Below, in pieces: positions 9,261-18,675 of a DNA stretch of 64,000 nucleotides. The notes beneath the pieces are model-generated. The model was not told the DNA's origin. It worked only from the letters and a program-made list of their open reading frames with translations, and ran no database searches. Each line of letters opens with the position of its first letter. The first letter of the stretch is position 1. A program made the position numbers and the translations under genes. Source of the stretch: an uncultured Candidatus Rokubacteria bacterium (GTDB lineage: Bacteria > Methylomirabilota > Methylomirabilia > Rokubacteriales > DASRDR01); the NCBI GenBank assembly GCA_963804185.1, contig CAWDPM010000005.1, forward strand, positions 298,769-362,768. Reading direction: 5' to 3'.

Positions 9261-9375
9261 CGACCAGCGCTGCCGCCGCGGCGCCCGCGGAGTCCGCGCG
9301 CAGGCGGGGGCCGGCGCCTGGTGCACGGGGTACGGACCAGCATCCCGCGCTCGTAATCGCCGAGGTTGGCGAGGT

Positions 9376-9792
9376 CTAGGGGCTCATCTCCTCCTGGTAC
9401 TCGAAGGAGTAGAGGCGCACCTCGAACCGTTGCTCCGTACCTCGGGGCCGGAGCGCGAGGGTGAAGAACTCCGAGTCCGAGTCGGACCGCCAGCGGACTC
9501 GGCCCGGCGCCGTGAAGCTCACGATGGAGTCCGTAGCGTCGAGCCCGACGAGCTGGATCCAGGCACTCCCGATGTGATGGTGGCGCCGCTCGATGAGACC
9601 GTCGGCCCGGACGACGCTCGGGCTCGGGCTGAGCCGCCAGTGGATCTCGAACGGGGCTGCCGTCCCGTGGAATGGAAAGTCGACCAGCTTCGGCAGCGGC
9701 GCAGACGCCAAGCAGCTCGGCAAGAGGAGCGCGAGCGTCAGCAGCGCCACCACTTCGTGCCGGACCCGGCGGCTCAATGAAGAAGGCATCAT
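9376..9792 (-). CDS. Small secreted hypothetical protein (138 aa)
   Basis: ATG at 9792/9789, signal peptide MMPSSLSRRVRHEVVALLTLALLLPSCLASAPLP. No recognisable domain. Confidence 0.55.
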   Translation of the reverse strand: MMPSSLSRRVRHEVVALLTLALLLPSCLASAPLPKLVDFPFHGTAAPFEIHWRLSPSPSVVRADGLIERRHHHIGSAWIQLVGLDATDSIVSFTAPGRVRWRSDSDSEFFTLALRPRGTEQRFEVRLYSFEYQEEMSP

Positions 9793-9803
9793 CAATGCGA
9801 CGC

Positions 9804-9893
9804 ATGGTGCCGGGGGAGGGAGTCGAACCCTCACACGTCTTGCGACGTAGCGAATTTTAAGTCCGCCGCGTCTCCCAGTTTCGCCACCCCGGC
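9804..9893 (-). tRNA. tRNA-Leu (anticodon TAA) with long variable arm
   Basis: Reverse complement GCCGGGGTGGCGAAACTGGGAGACGCGGCGGACTTAAAATTCGCTACGTCGCAAGACGTGTGAGGGTTCGACTCCCTCCCCCGGCACCA: 7-bp acceptor stem, anticodon loop CTTAAAA, T-loop GGTTCGACT, CCA end. Confidence 0.88.
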
Positions 9894-10143
9894 CGCAAAA
9901 ATCTCTCCCAAGAATACGCGAAGTTCCGGTCCCCCTGCATCGGCCTCTCCGCGACGCCGGACCCGTCGTGGGCCGGCTCCTCGGCCAGTCACCTAGGAGG
10001 TCGGGCCTAGCATCGAGACCGCCGCGTGCGGTATCGTCGACGTGCGCGACGCCCGCGCGGGGCACGGCCCCGCGGGGCCGGCGAACCCCGACCTGTTCGG
10101 CCGCCGCTGACGCGCGAGAGGTTCCCTGGAGGGCCGGCGGCGG

Positions 10144-11385
10144 ATGCTCGGAGGTCACTTGGTATCCGACCGGCTACTGCTCGGCTCGCCTCTGCGCCGG
10201 CCGCGAGTAGCCGGATGGGTCGTCACCGGGCTGCTCGCGGCCATCGTCGTCTCGGTCCTGACGCTGTTCCTCGCCGTCCAGTCGCTCAAGCTCGGAGCGG
10301 CGGGGGTGTTCGTGAGAGGTCTGGGCCTCGCCGCGCTGGCCTCGCTCGTGCCCGTGGCCGTGCTCTGGTTCCTCGACCGGCGCGAGCGGGAGTCGCCTCC
10401 GCTCTTTGCGGTGGCCATCCTGTGGGGCGCGCTCATCGGGACTGGCCTGGCCCTGCCGCTGAACACAACCATCCTAGGGGCTGTCAAGCGCTGGCTGTCG
10501 GAACACCCGATTCTCGACGCGTACCTGGGACCACAGGCGACGCTTCTCATCGGGGCGCCGCTGGCCGGTCCGCTCGTGGAGGAGATCACCAAGGGTCTGG
10601 GAGTGCTGGCGCTGTTCTGGCTGCTGCGGGCCGAGTTCGACAACATGCGCGACGGCCTCGTCTACGGCGCGTTGGTGGGGGTGGGCTTCAACCTGGTCGA
10701 GGCGCCCTTGTATGTGGCCCAGGGCTACTCCCAGTACGGCGTGGCGCCGTGGGGCCTCCAGTTCGGGGCCCGCTTCGCCCTGTTTGGGCTCGGGGGTCAC
10801 GCGCTGTTCACGGGGATCTTCGGGGCGTTTCTGGGGGTGGCGCGGCAGACCGCGCGTGGATGGCTGCGCATCACGGCCCCCTTCCTCGGGCTCCTGCTCG
10901 CGATCGTGGCGCACGCGCTGAACAACGTACTCCCCCTCCTCATCACCATCCTCCTTCGCTCTGCCGGAGAGAAGCTGCCGGAGCCCGGACCGCCCCCGTC
11001 AGTCGGGTTCATCCACGCTTGGCTGCTCGCCAGCGCTCAGAACGTGATCGTGTTCTTCCCCTTCGTTGTGCTGATGCTTGGGCTCCTGTGGCGCAGCGGC
11101 CGCTGGGAGCGACGCGTGATCCGGGAGGAGCTGGCCGACGAGGTCAGCGGCCCTGTCACACGTCCCGAGTACGAGCAGATCATGCGCGACGGGGTGTTCC
11201 GGACGCGGCGCATCGTCCGCTCGGACCGGCGCCGCTCGGCGGCGCTGGTCAACGCGCAGCACGAGCTGGCCTTCCGCAAGCGACGGGTGCGCGCGGACGG
11301 CCGCGATCCCGAGCGAGACCCGCTGGTGGCCGGATGGCGACGCGAGATCGCAGACCTCCGGAGCGCGCCACCGACGGCCGTTTAG
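10144..11385 (+). CDS. PrsW-family intramembrane metalloprotease
   Basis: Multiple TM helices with conserved motifs EEITKG, FGLGGHALFTG, HALNN (EExxK / FxxxH / HxxxN of the PrsW/CPBP family). The 621-aa ORF 10026..11891 is an out-of-frame overlap. Confidence 0.82.
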   Translation: MLGGHLVSDRLLLGSPLRRPRVAGWVVTGLLAAIVVSVLTLFLAVQSLKLGAAGVFVRGLGLAALASLVPVAVLWFLDRRERESPPLFAVAILWGALIGTGLALPLNTTILGAVKRWLSEHPILDAYLGPQATLLIGAPLAGPLVEEITKGLGVLALFWLLRAEFDNMRDGLVYGALVGVGFNLVEAPLYVAQGYSQYGVAPWGLQFGARFALFGLGGHALFTGIFGAFLGVARQTARGWLRITAPFLGLLLAIVAHALNNVLPLLITILLRSAGEKLPEPGPPPSVGFIHAWLLASAQNVIVFFPFVVLMLGLLWRSGRWERRVIREELADEVSGPVTRPEYEQIMRDGVFRTRRIVRSDRRRSAALVNAQHELAFRKRRVRADGRDPERDPLVAGWRREIADLRSAPPTAV

Positions 11386-11515
11386 CGGTTGTGCGCGCCC
11401 CGAAACACGTGGTGCCCCCCGGCGCACGTCCGGGATCGATGCGTCAGTCTGCGGGCGTGACGACCAGTGCACGTCTCGGACGGGCGAGACGGCCAAGGTC
11501 AGGACGAGGGAGGTT

Positions 11516-11591
11516 GGAGGCGGCGGGCGGATTCGAACCGCCGAGTAACGGTTTTGCAGACCGTCGCCTTAACCACTTGGCTACGCCGCCT
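11516..11591 (-). tRNA. tRNA-Cys (anticodon GCA)
   Basis: Reverse complement GGCGGCGTAGCCAAGTGGTTAAGGCGACGGTCTGCAAAACCGTTACTCGGCGGTTCGAATCCGCCCGCCGCCTCCA, 76 nt, anticodon loop CTGCAAA, T-loop GGTTCGAAT. Confidence 0.92.
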
Positions 11592-11619
11592 TTTCAACTA
11601 CTTACAGCGATTTGGCAGG

Positions 11620-11655
11620 GGAATTATACCCTATCGGACCATTCACGGTCCGATG
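11620..11655 (-). promoter_or_regulatory. Candidate -10 box (TATAAT) about 33 nt upstream of tRNA-Cys, flanked by perfect inverted repeat ggacc-attcac-ggtcc
   Basis: Minus-strand reading ...ggaccgtgaatggtccgatagggTATAATtcccctgcc. The inverted repeat could be an operator, or a terminator for the upstream small ORFs. Confidence 0.3.
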
Positions 11656-11780
11656 AACCGGGAAACTCTCCACGACTGCTGCCGGCGCCGAGGTCTCGGC
11701 GGCTGGCTCCGGCACCCCGAATCGCACCCGACTCCACCGCCCCCGAAGATGGGCGGGCGAAAGATGGGCGTACCGGGCGG

Positions 11781-11837
11781 TCATCCGGAGATCCGAGTGG
11801 CGCCGACGAGGAGCGGGGCGAGCAGGATGCGCTTCAT
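11781..11837 (-). CDS. 18-codon ORF (MKRILLAPLLVGATRISG) whose ATG overlaps the stop of the upstream Cys-rich ORF
   Basis: ATGA overlap with the gene above. The SD-like AGGAGACTCCACC lies inside the upstream ORF end. Hydrophobic, signal-peptide-like. Could be a leader peptide or the decapitated N-terminus of a lost gene. Confidence 0.2.
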   Translation of the reverse strand: MKRILLAPLLVGATRISG

Positions 11838-12127
11838 GGTGGAGTCTCCTGTTCGTGCACTGGCAGTGGTCGGCCGCACGCGCACTGGTAGAGGCTGAGC
11901 GGCCGGTACGTGCAGCGGTGGCAGAGCATGCCATCGCCGAGGCGTCCACAGCACGCGCACGGGCGCGGCGGATCGTTCGGACCGATCCACGTGACGTGGT
12001 CGATGCCCTCGCAGCCGACGGACCGATGCCAGTCGGCCCAGATCATGACCGCGTCCAGGGTCGCGCCGGTCCTGGCGCGTCCGCAGAAACAGACGGCGAG
12101 GAATGGGGGCCTAGTGTTTCGGGACAT
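11834..12127 (-). CDS. Small cysteine-rich hypothetical protein (98 aa, about 10 Cys: CxC, CxCC, CxxC, CxC)
   Basis: ATG at 12127 with AAAGG 8 nt upstream. GC3 about 85 percent, consistent with coding. Cysteine pattern suggests a zinc-binding module. No known family recognised. Confidence 0.45.
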   Translation of the reverse strand: MSRNTRPPFLAVCFCGRARTGATLDAVMIWADWHRSVGCEGIDHVTWIGPNDPPRPCACCGRLGDGMLCHRCTYRPLSLYQCACGRPLPVHEQETPP

Positions 12128-12235
12128 CGAGGACCTTTCGATATGTTTCCCAGGCTTCACGGTGGTCGGGATCGGAGTCGAGCTTGCGCCGGACTTGACA
12201 CTGACAAGGATTGGGCGTTTGCACGGCGGTGGTGG

Positions 12236-12460
12236 TCAGTGTCTCCGTGCGTCCTGCCCATCCTGGAAGCCGTGGGCATAGCCGTCGCGGTAGTACGTCT
12301 CCAGCAAAGCGGCCAACGCGCCCTCCTGATAAAGAGCCTGGGATAGGCCCTCGTCGCTCGTGCATGCGCCAGGTTCCTCGCACGTCGGCGCGTGCATCAG
12401 ACGCACGGCCGTCTCGACCTTTAAGAGCCAGGCGAACGCGTCGGCGCGCTTATCCCGCAT
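12236..12460 (-). CDS. Small hypothetical protein (74 aa)
   Basis: ATG at 12460 with GGAAGAG 6 nt upstream, GC3 about 80 percent. Same orientation as and adjacent to the Cys-rich ORF. Confidence 0.45.
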   Translation of the reverse strand: MRDKRADAFAWLLKVETAVRLMHAPTCEEPGACTSDEGLSQALYQEGALAALLETYYRDGYAHGFQDGQDARRH

Positions 12461-13266
12461 TGATTACTCTTCCGTCAGCGAACGCGGAGGGCGGTGTAAA
12501 GAATCGCGGTGACCCAGACGGCTATAGTGAGCAGGTCAGGGCGGTTCGTCGTCGATGGCGTCGTCACGTGAAACCATCCTTCCGGCTTCAGGTCGCTCGA
12601 GAGCGTGAGACCCCAAAGGGCCTGCCGCGCGACTACGCTGGCGGGTGAACGGAATCGCCTCACCCCACCGCTCCACGCGTGCAGGTTGTCTTCCAGGCCA
12701 TGGAATGAGCTGGAGACAGCTCCGTCCCGTCCTGCTCAGAGACCCAAAGCGCCAGCTCGACGCCTGGCTGCCTCTGGAGACCCTGTGAAGGGGCTACAGC
12801 ACGCGATTCGCCTTAAGCCGGGGGAGAGTCGTGCAATTGCGAGACCACCCGAGAGCCGACCTCCCAGACTGGGGCGTATTGCGCAAGATTTTTCCCAGGT
12901 ACCGCTGTCGATGTGCAGAGAGCTCGCATCTCCTGCCACACCTCCTATCTGTCCCGCCGAGACGCGGCGATTTGGTGTCCTAGGCCTGACCTCTGAGGAC
13001 CGTCTTGACACCGGAAGCAGTGTCCGCCGACCCCCAGCACTGTGTACCGCGTTGCATGACTCCCACCATGAAGGAGTAGGTTTTCTACCCGATGGACAAA
13101 GCCAGGACGTCCGCAGTGCCTCTGATCGGAGGCGACCGCCAGCAATTGACACCGTCCAGACATCAACAGGTGAGAGACGGCGCGCCGTGTCGGTCGTCTC
13201 GACACCCTTCTGGCCGCGACATACCGAACTCGGCGATCTCACCAGCTTTCAATAGCGGCAGCACCC

Positions 13267-14069
13267 ATGTCACGGGCATTAAAGAACCTCGACGTCTCCC
13301 TGGGCCTGGCCACCATTCCGGTGCAGCTCTTCACCGTCACCGGCTCGCAAGGCGTCGCCTTCCACCTGCTCCACGCGCGGTGCGGCAGCCGGATCCAGAT
13401 GCGTCTGGAGTTGCCCACTCCACGCCATCGTGGCCCGCGAAGAGACGGTGAAGGGGTACGAGATCGCCAGCAAGCATTTTCGTCGGCGCTCGTCATCGAT
13501 TCGTTCGTCCTGGAGGGCGCGATCGACCCCGTTTACTTCGAAGACACCTACTACCCGGGTACCGGCAAGAATGGCGAGCGCGGCTATCGTGTGCTTGCGC
13601 AGGCCCTCCAGAAGACGCACCGGATCGCCGTGGGCACGTTCACCTGGCGCGGCAAGACGACTCCGATCGCCGATCCGGGTGCACTAGGACGGGCTTCTCC
13701 TCCAGCGGCTGTACTTCGCGAACGAGGTGTACAACGCAACTGAGATCGACCCGGGGGACCGAGCCCAAGATCCGCGAGCAGGAACGGACGCTCTCCGAGC
13801 GGCTGATCAGCGAACTGTCGGAGACCGAGTTTCAACCCGATAAGTACGAGGACGAGTACCGGAAGCGTCTCCTGAAGGCGATCGAGCAGAAGATCGCGGG
13901 CCAAGGGATCCAGCGCGTGGAGGTCGAGAGCCGACTTCCGACGACGGCTCTGGTGGCGACGCTCGAAGCGAGTCTCGAACGGAAGGAGCTGGCCAAGGTC
14001 TCCCCCGGGAAGTCAAAGCGGGGACCCGTGTCGGAGAAACGGCCGGTCCGGCGGAAGCGCGCCTCGTAG
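13267..14069 (+). pseudogene. ku: ku (NHEJ Ku protein) with at least three frameshifts and an internal deletion
   Basis: N-terminus MSRALKNLDVSLGLATIPVQLFTVTGSQGVAFHLLHARCGSRIQMRLE (Ku core). Continues in other frames: CPLHAIVAREETVKGYEIASKHF, then ALVIDSFVLEGAIDPVYFEDTYYPGTGKNGERGYRVLAQALQKTHRIAVGTFTWRGKTTPIADPG, then EPKIREQERTLSERLISELSETEFQPDKYEDEYRKRLLKAIEQKIAG... to stop at 14069. About 20 residues between GYE and IDSFV are missing compared with typical Ku. Confidence 0.8.
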
Positions 14070-14176
14070 CCGATCTAGCTTGACGCTTACTCAAGCGGTT
14101 GAAAGACTCTCTGGCTCACCGTTGCTTTCAGCCTGGCCGCTGGGCGGACGATGTGTCCGCACTGCTCAGGGGGGTC

Positions 14177-14377
14177 TTACTTTTGCCGCGGTTGTTCCCA
14201 CCAGACCATGACCGCCAGGCTGGCAGCGAGGGCCGCCACGAGCACGCTCAGCCAGAGCGGCACGGGAGCTCCGCCTAGTGTGATCTCCCAATTGGCAATG
14301 AACAGGAGCAACTGTGGGAGCGCTATCAGCCACAGTACGACGATCGCAAGGCGCGTAAAGGGCTTCACCGTCTTCAC
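14177..14377 (-). CDS. Small two-TM membrane protein (66 aa), GTG start
   Basis: GGAGG 14 nt upstream of the GTG. Two hydrophobic helices. Weak support. Confidence 0.3.
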   Translation of the reverse strand: MKTVKPFTRLAIVVLWLIALPQLLLFIANWEITLGGAPVPLWLSVLVAALAASLAVMVWWEQPRQK

Positions 14378-15089
14378 TCACGTCAGTCGAACGTCCTCCT
14401 TCGGGCAGCAAACGAGGTGCCAGGGGTTGCTTGCGTTCCCGAGTCCGCGACCCTTAGCCACCGACCCCGCGGGGATGAGCGGGGATGAGGATGAGGAAAG
14501 AGACTGTTCGGCGACGGACGGCCCGCCTATCGTCCGCGACTCATGCTGGTATCGCACTGACACCGTGCCAGGCGGCGCACTCGGTTACCGTTGCCATCTG
14601 TCAGCAGCCTCCCGCTCGCCATAACCACGCCTGCCCACATGTCAGACGCCTGTTCGGTGCTGTCGCGACCCCGCAACAGGCCAGTCATCATCTCGGCTCC
14701 ATGGGAGCTCGTTGGTCTCCGTCTCGGTGGTGCGGATCTTGGCCTCAGCCTCAGAATGGCGGCTACGGGAACCTTGTCCTCGAGCTGATGTCCGGGTTGG
14801 GGACTCCGGCTGACCAGCTTGTCCGGAGGACGCCACCGTCGAGGGGCGCGGGGTAGCGTGGCTTTGACCGGAATGAGACATCTGGTCGCGAGGACGACGG
14901 GGTGTCGTGACCGCGGGTGCGTCGCTCGCTTCACGCGGGCGGGTGGTCCGGACAGGGTCGGGGCAGGGCTGGGGAGACGGCGGTGTTTCACCTGGCCGTC
15001 GTACAGCGAGGCGAGCCTCTATGCGCGGCTGAGGGCGGTGATGTGGGCCCGACGGGCCGCCGCCCCCCGTCGTGACTTCACTGAGGCGG

Positions 15090-15278
15090 AAGGCAACCGG
15101 GTTCGCCAGCGCGCCTACCGGCAGCGCCGGCCGGCGGCTGGCGCCGAGGGCCGGCTCGCGGTAGGGTCGGGGCTGCTTCCCCCAGGGGCCGCCGGGATGC
15201 CGAGTCCGGCGGCTCCTTGGGTTCGTGCCGCGTGATCGTGGCCGGCGGCTAGCGATCCGGAGGCGGGAGACGTTGGAC
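15090..15278 (+). promoter_or_regulatory. Conserved 5-prime leader shared with the upstream region of the GAF histidine-kinase gene (reverse complement of 35690..35900)
   Basis: Blocks ctggcgccgagggccggctcgcggtagggtcgggg and gcgatccggaggcgggagacg recur nearly identically upstream of both zinc-ribbon start codons. Confidence 0.4.
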
Positions 15279-18200
15279 ATGCACTGTCCCCGGTGCCAGC
15301 GGGAGAATCGGCCGCAGGCCAAGTTCTGCGAGGAATGCGGCGCGTCCCTCGCCCAGTCCTGTGGGCATTGCGGGGCGGCGCTCTCCACATCGGCCAAGTT
15401 CTGCTCCGAGTGTGGACGAGCTGTCGGCGTCCCTCCCGAGGCCGGGGCCCGCTTCGCGTCCCCGCACACTTACACCCCTAAGCACCTCGCCGAACGCATC
15501 CTCAGCTCGAAGTCCGCTCTCGAGGGGGAACGGAAACAGGTCACGGTGCTGTTCGCCGACCTCAAAGGATCCATGGAGATGCTGGCGGATCGAGATCCCG
15601 AGGAAGCCCGGAAGCTCCTGGATGCGGTCCTCGAGCGCATGATAGAGGCGGTCCACCGCTACGAGGGCACCGTGAACCAGGTCATGGGCGACGGGATCAT
15701 GGCGCTGTTCGGGGCGCCGGTCGCTCACGAGGACCACGCGGTGCGAGCGTGCTACGCGGCGCTTGGGATGCAGGAGTCGGTCGGCGAGTATGCAAACCGA
15801 GTCCTGAGGTCCGATGGCATTTCGATTCAGATCCGTATCGGACTGAACTCCGGTGAGGTCGTTGTTCGGTCGATTGGTAGCGATCTGCATACGGACTACA
15901 CCGTGATCGGGCTGACCACGCATCTTGCCGCCCGAGCGGAGCAGTTGGCTGTTCCCGGGACCATCCTGCTGATGGCGCAGACGTTGCGGCTCGCCGAGGG
16001 GCTTGTCCACGCCAAGCCCCTGGGCCCCGTGCCGATTAAGGGAGTGGCAGAGCCGGTCGAGGTGTTTCAGCTGATCGGGGCACGGACCCGGGCGCGCTTG
16101 CAGGTGGTGGCAACTGGGCTGACTCCCTTCGTCGGGCGGCATACCGAACTCGCCATGCTCGGCCAGGCCTTGGACAAGGTCAAAGCAGGCCACGGACAGG
16201 CCGTCGCCGTTTCTGGTGAGCCCGGCGTTGGCAAGACTCGCCTGCTTTACGAGTTCATCCATTTGCTCGATACCCAGCAATGGCACATTCTCACGACCAG
16301 CTCGGTCTCCTACGACAAGACGACTCCCTATCTGCCCGTCATCGACCTTCTGAAGACCCTTTTCCGAATTGAGGACCGAGACGACAAACGGGAAATCCGG
16401 CGGAAGATCACCACCCAAGTGCTTGGCGTCGATGCGGCCTTGCAGCCGGCGCTGCCGGCTCTCTTCGCACTCCTCGACATACCGGTTGTGGACGCGGAAC
16501 CGCCGATCGTCGATCCCCCACAAAGTCGCCAGCGGATCGTAGATGCTCTCAATCGCCTCCTATCTCGACTCGCTAGCGTCCAGTCCGTGTGCCTCGTCGT
16601 CGAGAACCTGCATTGGATCGATTCGGCGACTCAGGAGTGGCTCGACAGCCTGATCGAAAGTCTCCCACGTCTTAGGCTCCTGCTCCTAGTCAACTATCGT
16701 CCTGAGTATCAGCACGGTTGGGGAGCGAAGTCCGACTACACGTGCCTCCAGTTGGATCCCCTCCCACCGGAACGCGCCGGCGAACTCTACCGGGCCCTTC
16801 TCGGAGATGCGCCCGCCCTTCGGCCGCTGAGGCAGTTGCTGATCGGCCACACAGAGGGGAATCCCTTCTTCCTGGAGGAGATTACCCGAACGCTGGTCGA
16901 GAAGAAGATTCTGGAGGGCGAGCCGGGCAGCTATCGCCTCGCCCAGCCGGCCCTCTCCATTCAGGTCCCGGCAACGGTGCAGGCGGTGATCGCCGCGCGA
17001 ATTGACCGGCTCTCCCTTGAGGACAAGCACCTTCTCCAGGCGGCCTCCGTCATCGGTAGACGTCTACCCTTTGCACTCCTGCTCAAGATTGCCGAGATGC
17101 CACCAAACACCCTCCGAGACCGCCTCGCACATCTCCGATCAGCGGAGTTCCTATACGAAACGAGCGTGTTTCCCGATACCGAATACACTTTCAAGCATGC
17201 CCTCACTCATGAGGTGGCCTACGGGAGCCTTCTTCGCGAACGACGGCGCCATCTACATGCCCGGATTGTCGACGCCATCGAACAACTGCACGCCGATCGC
17301 CTGGACGAACACGTCGAACGGTTGGCCCATCACGCGGTCCGCGGCGAGATAGGGGAACGCGCCGTGGACTATCTCCGCAAGGCCGGAACCAAGGCGTATG
17401 CGAGAGCCGCGCTGAGTGAATCTCGAGACCGCTACCAGCATGGGCTCGATCTTCTGGCGAGACTCCCCGCAACACCCGAGAACATTCGTCGTGGGATCGA
17501 CGTGCGCTTGGATCTCCACGGCCCGCTGGTTGGACTGGCCGAGCTCTCGCGAGTGGTCCAGCTTCATCAGGAGGCAGAGGAACTCGCTCGCCAGCTTCAA
17601 GACCGGCCGCGGCTCGGACGGATTGCCTCGCGAATGGGCAATTTCGCCTGGCTGGACGCGGGATACTCCACGGCCATCGTGCGAGCGCAGGAGGCACTCC
17701 AGATCGCCGCCGCCATCGATGATCGCAACGTGCAGATCGCGGCCCGAGACGTGCAGATCACGGCCACCCATATCCTCGGGCTCACATATCTGGCGCTCGG
17801 CCAGTATCGCGCATGCGTGGAGGTGCTCAGACAGAATGTGGAAGGGCCCAATGCCTCCCTGGCGCACGAACGCATTGGCTTTACCATCCCCCCGTATATA
17901 TTCGGGTGCGGTCTGCTGGCGTGGGGGTTCTCGGCACTCGGGGAGTTCGCGACCGCGTTGATGTATGGCCAACACGGAATTGATGCCGCCGAGACCTCGG
18001 GGTACTTCCCCGCCCAGGCGGCAGCGCATCTCTACCAAGCTACGGCCCTGGTGTCCAGAGGGAAGGTTGCGGCGGCCCTCCCATTGTGCCGGCGTGGCGT
18101 CCGGCTAAGCGAACTCGGAGCGGTGGGGTTTTGGCGCGCGTTCGCCTATTCGATGTTGGGGTGGGCGCTCGCCCGCTCAGGCGAAGCCGATCAGGGCCTT

Positions 18201-18644
18201 CCGCACTTGGAGCGAGGTGCCGTGCTGCAGGAGAGCGGCGGGATCAAGGCAATCCGCTCCGTCTTCTGGACTCGATGGGCGGAGGGTCTCCTCCTGGGTG
18301 GCGATCTCCTAGAGGCCAAACGTGTGGGACGCCGGGGGCTGGAGCTTGCCGAGGCCTCCGGTGAACGGGGATTCGAGGCCGAAGCATATCACGTGTTGGC
18401 AAGGACTGCCGCAGAGGGGGATGATTCCGAGCTCGACGTCGCCTGTCTGCACTACGAACGAGCGGTGACGTTGGCCGTCGAGCTTGGCATGCGCCCCCTC
18501 GTCGCCCACTGCCACCTCGGTCTCGGCAAGCTCTACCGTCGCACAAGCGACCGAGCGAAGGCGGCCGAGCACCTGACGACCGCGAGGGTCATGTACCAAG
18601 AAATGGACATGGGGGTTGGGCTGGAGAAAGCCGACACCGAGTGA
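15279..18644 (+). CDS. Double zinc-ribbon / adenylate cyclase / STAND ATPase / TPR protein (1121 aa)
   Basis: MHCPRCQRENRPQAKFCEECG...CGHCGAAL..AKFCSECG (two zinc ribbons). Cyclase QVTVLFADLKGSME, VMGDGIMALFGAP, GLNSGEVVV. P-loop GEPGVGKTRL, Walker B LVVENLHWID, C-terminal TPR region. SD GGGAG upstream of ATG 15279. Confidence 0.9.
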   Translation: MHCPRCQRENRPQAKFCEECGASLAQSCGHCGAALSTSAKFCSECGRAVGVPPEAGARFASPHTYTPKHLAERILSSKSALEGERKQVTVLFADLKGSMEMLADRDPEEARKLLDAVLERMIEAVHRYEGTVNQVMGDGIMALFGAPVAHEDHAVRACYAALGMQESVGEYANRVLRSDGISIQIRIGLNSGEVVVRSIGSDLHTDYTVIGLTTHLAARAEQLAVPGTILLMAQTLRLAEGLVHAKPLGPVPIKGVAEPVEVFQLIGARTRARLQVVATGLTPFVGRHTELAMLGQALDKVKAGHGQAVAVSGEPGVGKTRLLYEFIHLLDTQQWHILTTSSVSYDKTTPYLPVIDLLKTLFRIEDRDDKREIRRKITTQVLGVDAALQPALPALFALLDIPVVDAEPPIVDPPQSRQRIVDALNRLLSRLASVQSVCLVVENLHWIDSATQEWLDSLIESLPRLRLLLLVNYRPEYQHGWGAKSDYTCLQLDPLPPERAGELYRALLGDAPALRPLRQLLIGHTEGNPFFLEEITRTLVEKKILEGEPGSYRLAQPALSIQVPATVQAVIAARIDRLSLEDKHLLQAASVIGRRLPFALLLKIAEMPPNTLRDRLAHLRSAEFLYETSVFPDTEYTFKHALTHEVAYGSLLRERRRHLHARIVDAIEQLHADRLDEHVERLAHHAVRGEIGERAVDYLRKAGTKAYARAALSESRDRYQHGLDLLARLPATPENIRRGIDVRLDLHGPLVGLAELSRVVQLHQEAEELARQLQDRPRLGRIASRMGNFAWLDAGYSTAIVRAQEALQIAAAIDDRNVQIAARDVQITATHILGLTYLALGQYRACVEVLRQNVEGPNASLAHERIGFTIPPYIFGCGLLAWGFSALGEFATALMYGQHGIDAAETSGYFPAQAAAHLYQATALVSRGKVAAALPLCRRGVRLSELGAVGFWRAFAYSMLGWALARSGEADQGLPHLERGAVLQESGGIKAIRSVFWTRWAEGLLLGGDLLEAKRVGRRGLELAEASGERGFEAEAYHVLARTAAEGDDSELDVACLHYERAVTLAVELGMRPLVAHCHLGLGKLYRRTSDRAKAAEHLTTARVMYQEMDMGVGLEKADTE

Positions 18645-18675
18645 GGTGGAGTCGAGCGATGACCCTACCGGGAGG

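Noticed and set aside
11781-11837. Read-through of the 18-codon ORF across its TGA into 45 further open codons (possible second selenoprotein)
   Set aside because: A 45-codon open stretch is expected by chance in about 70 percent GC DNA. No conserved Cys-like context at the TGA and no downstream hairpin noted.
10026-11891. 621-aa plus-strand ORF
   Set aside because: Out-of-frame with and overlapping the well-supported PrsW gene (10144..11385). Arg/Pro/Gly-rich low-complexity translation typical of wrong-frame GC-rich DNA.
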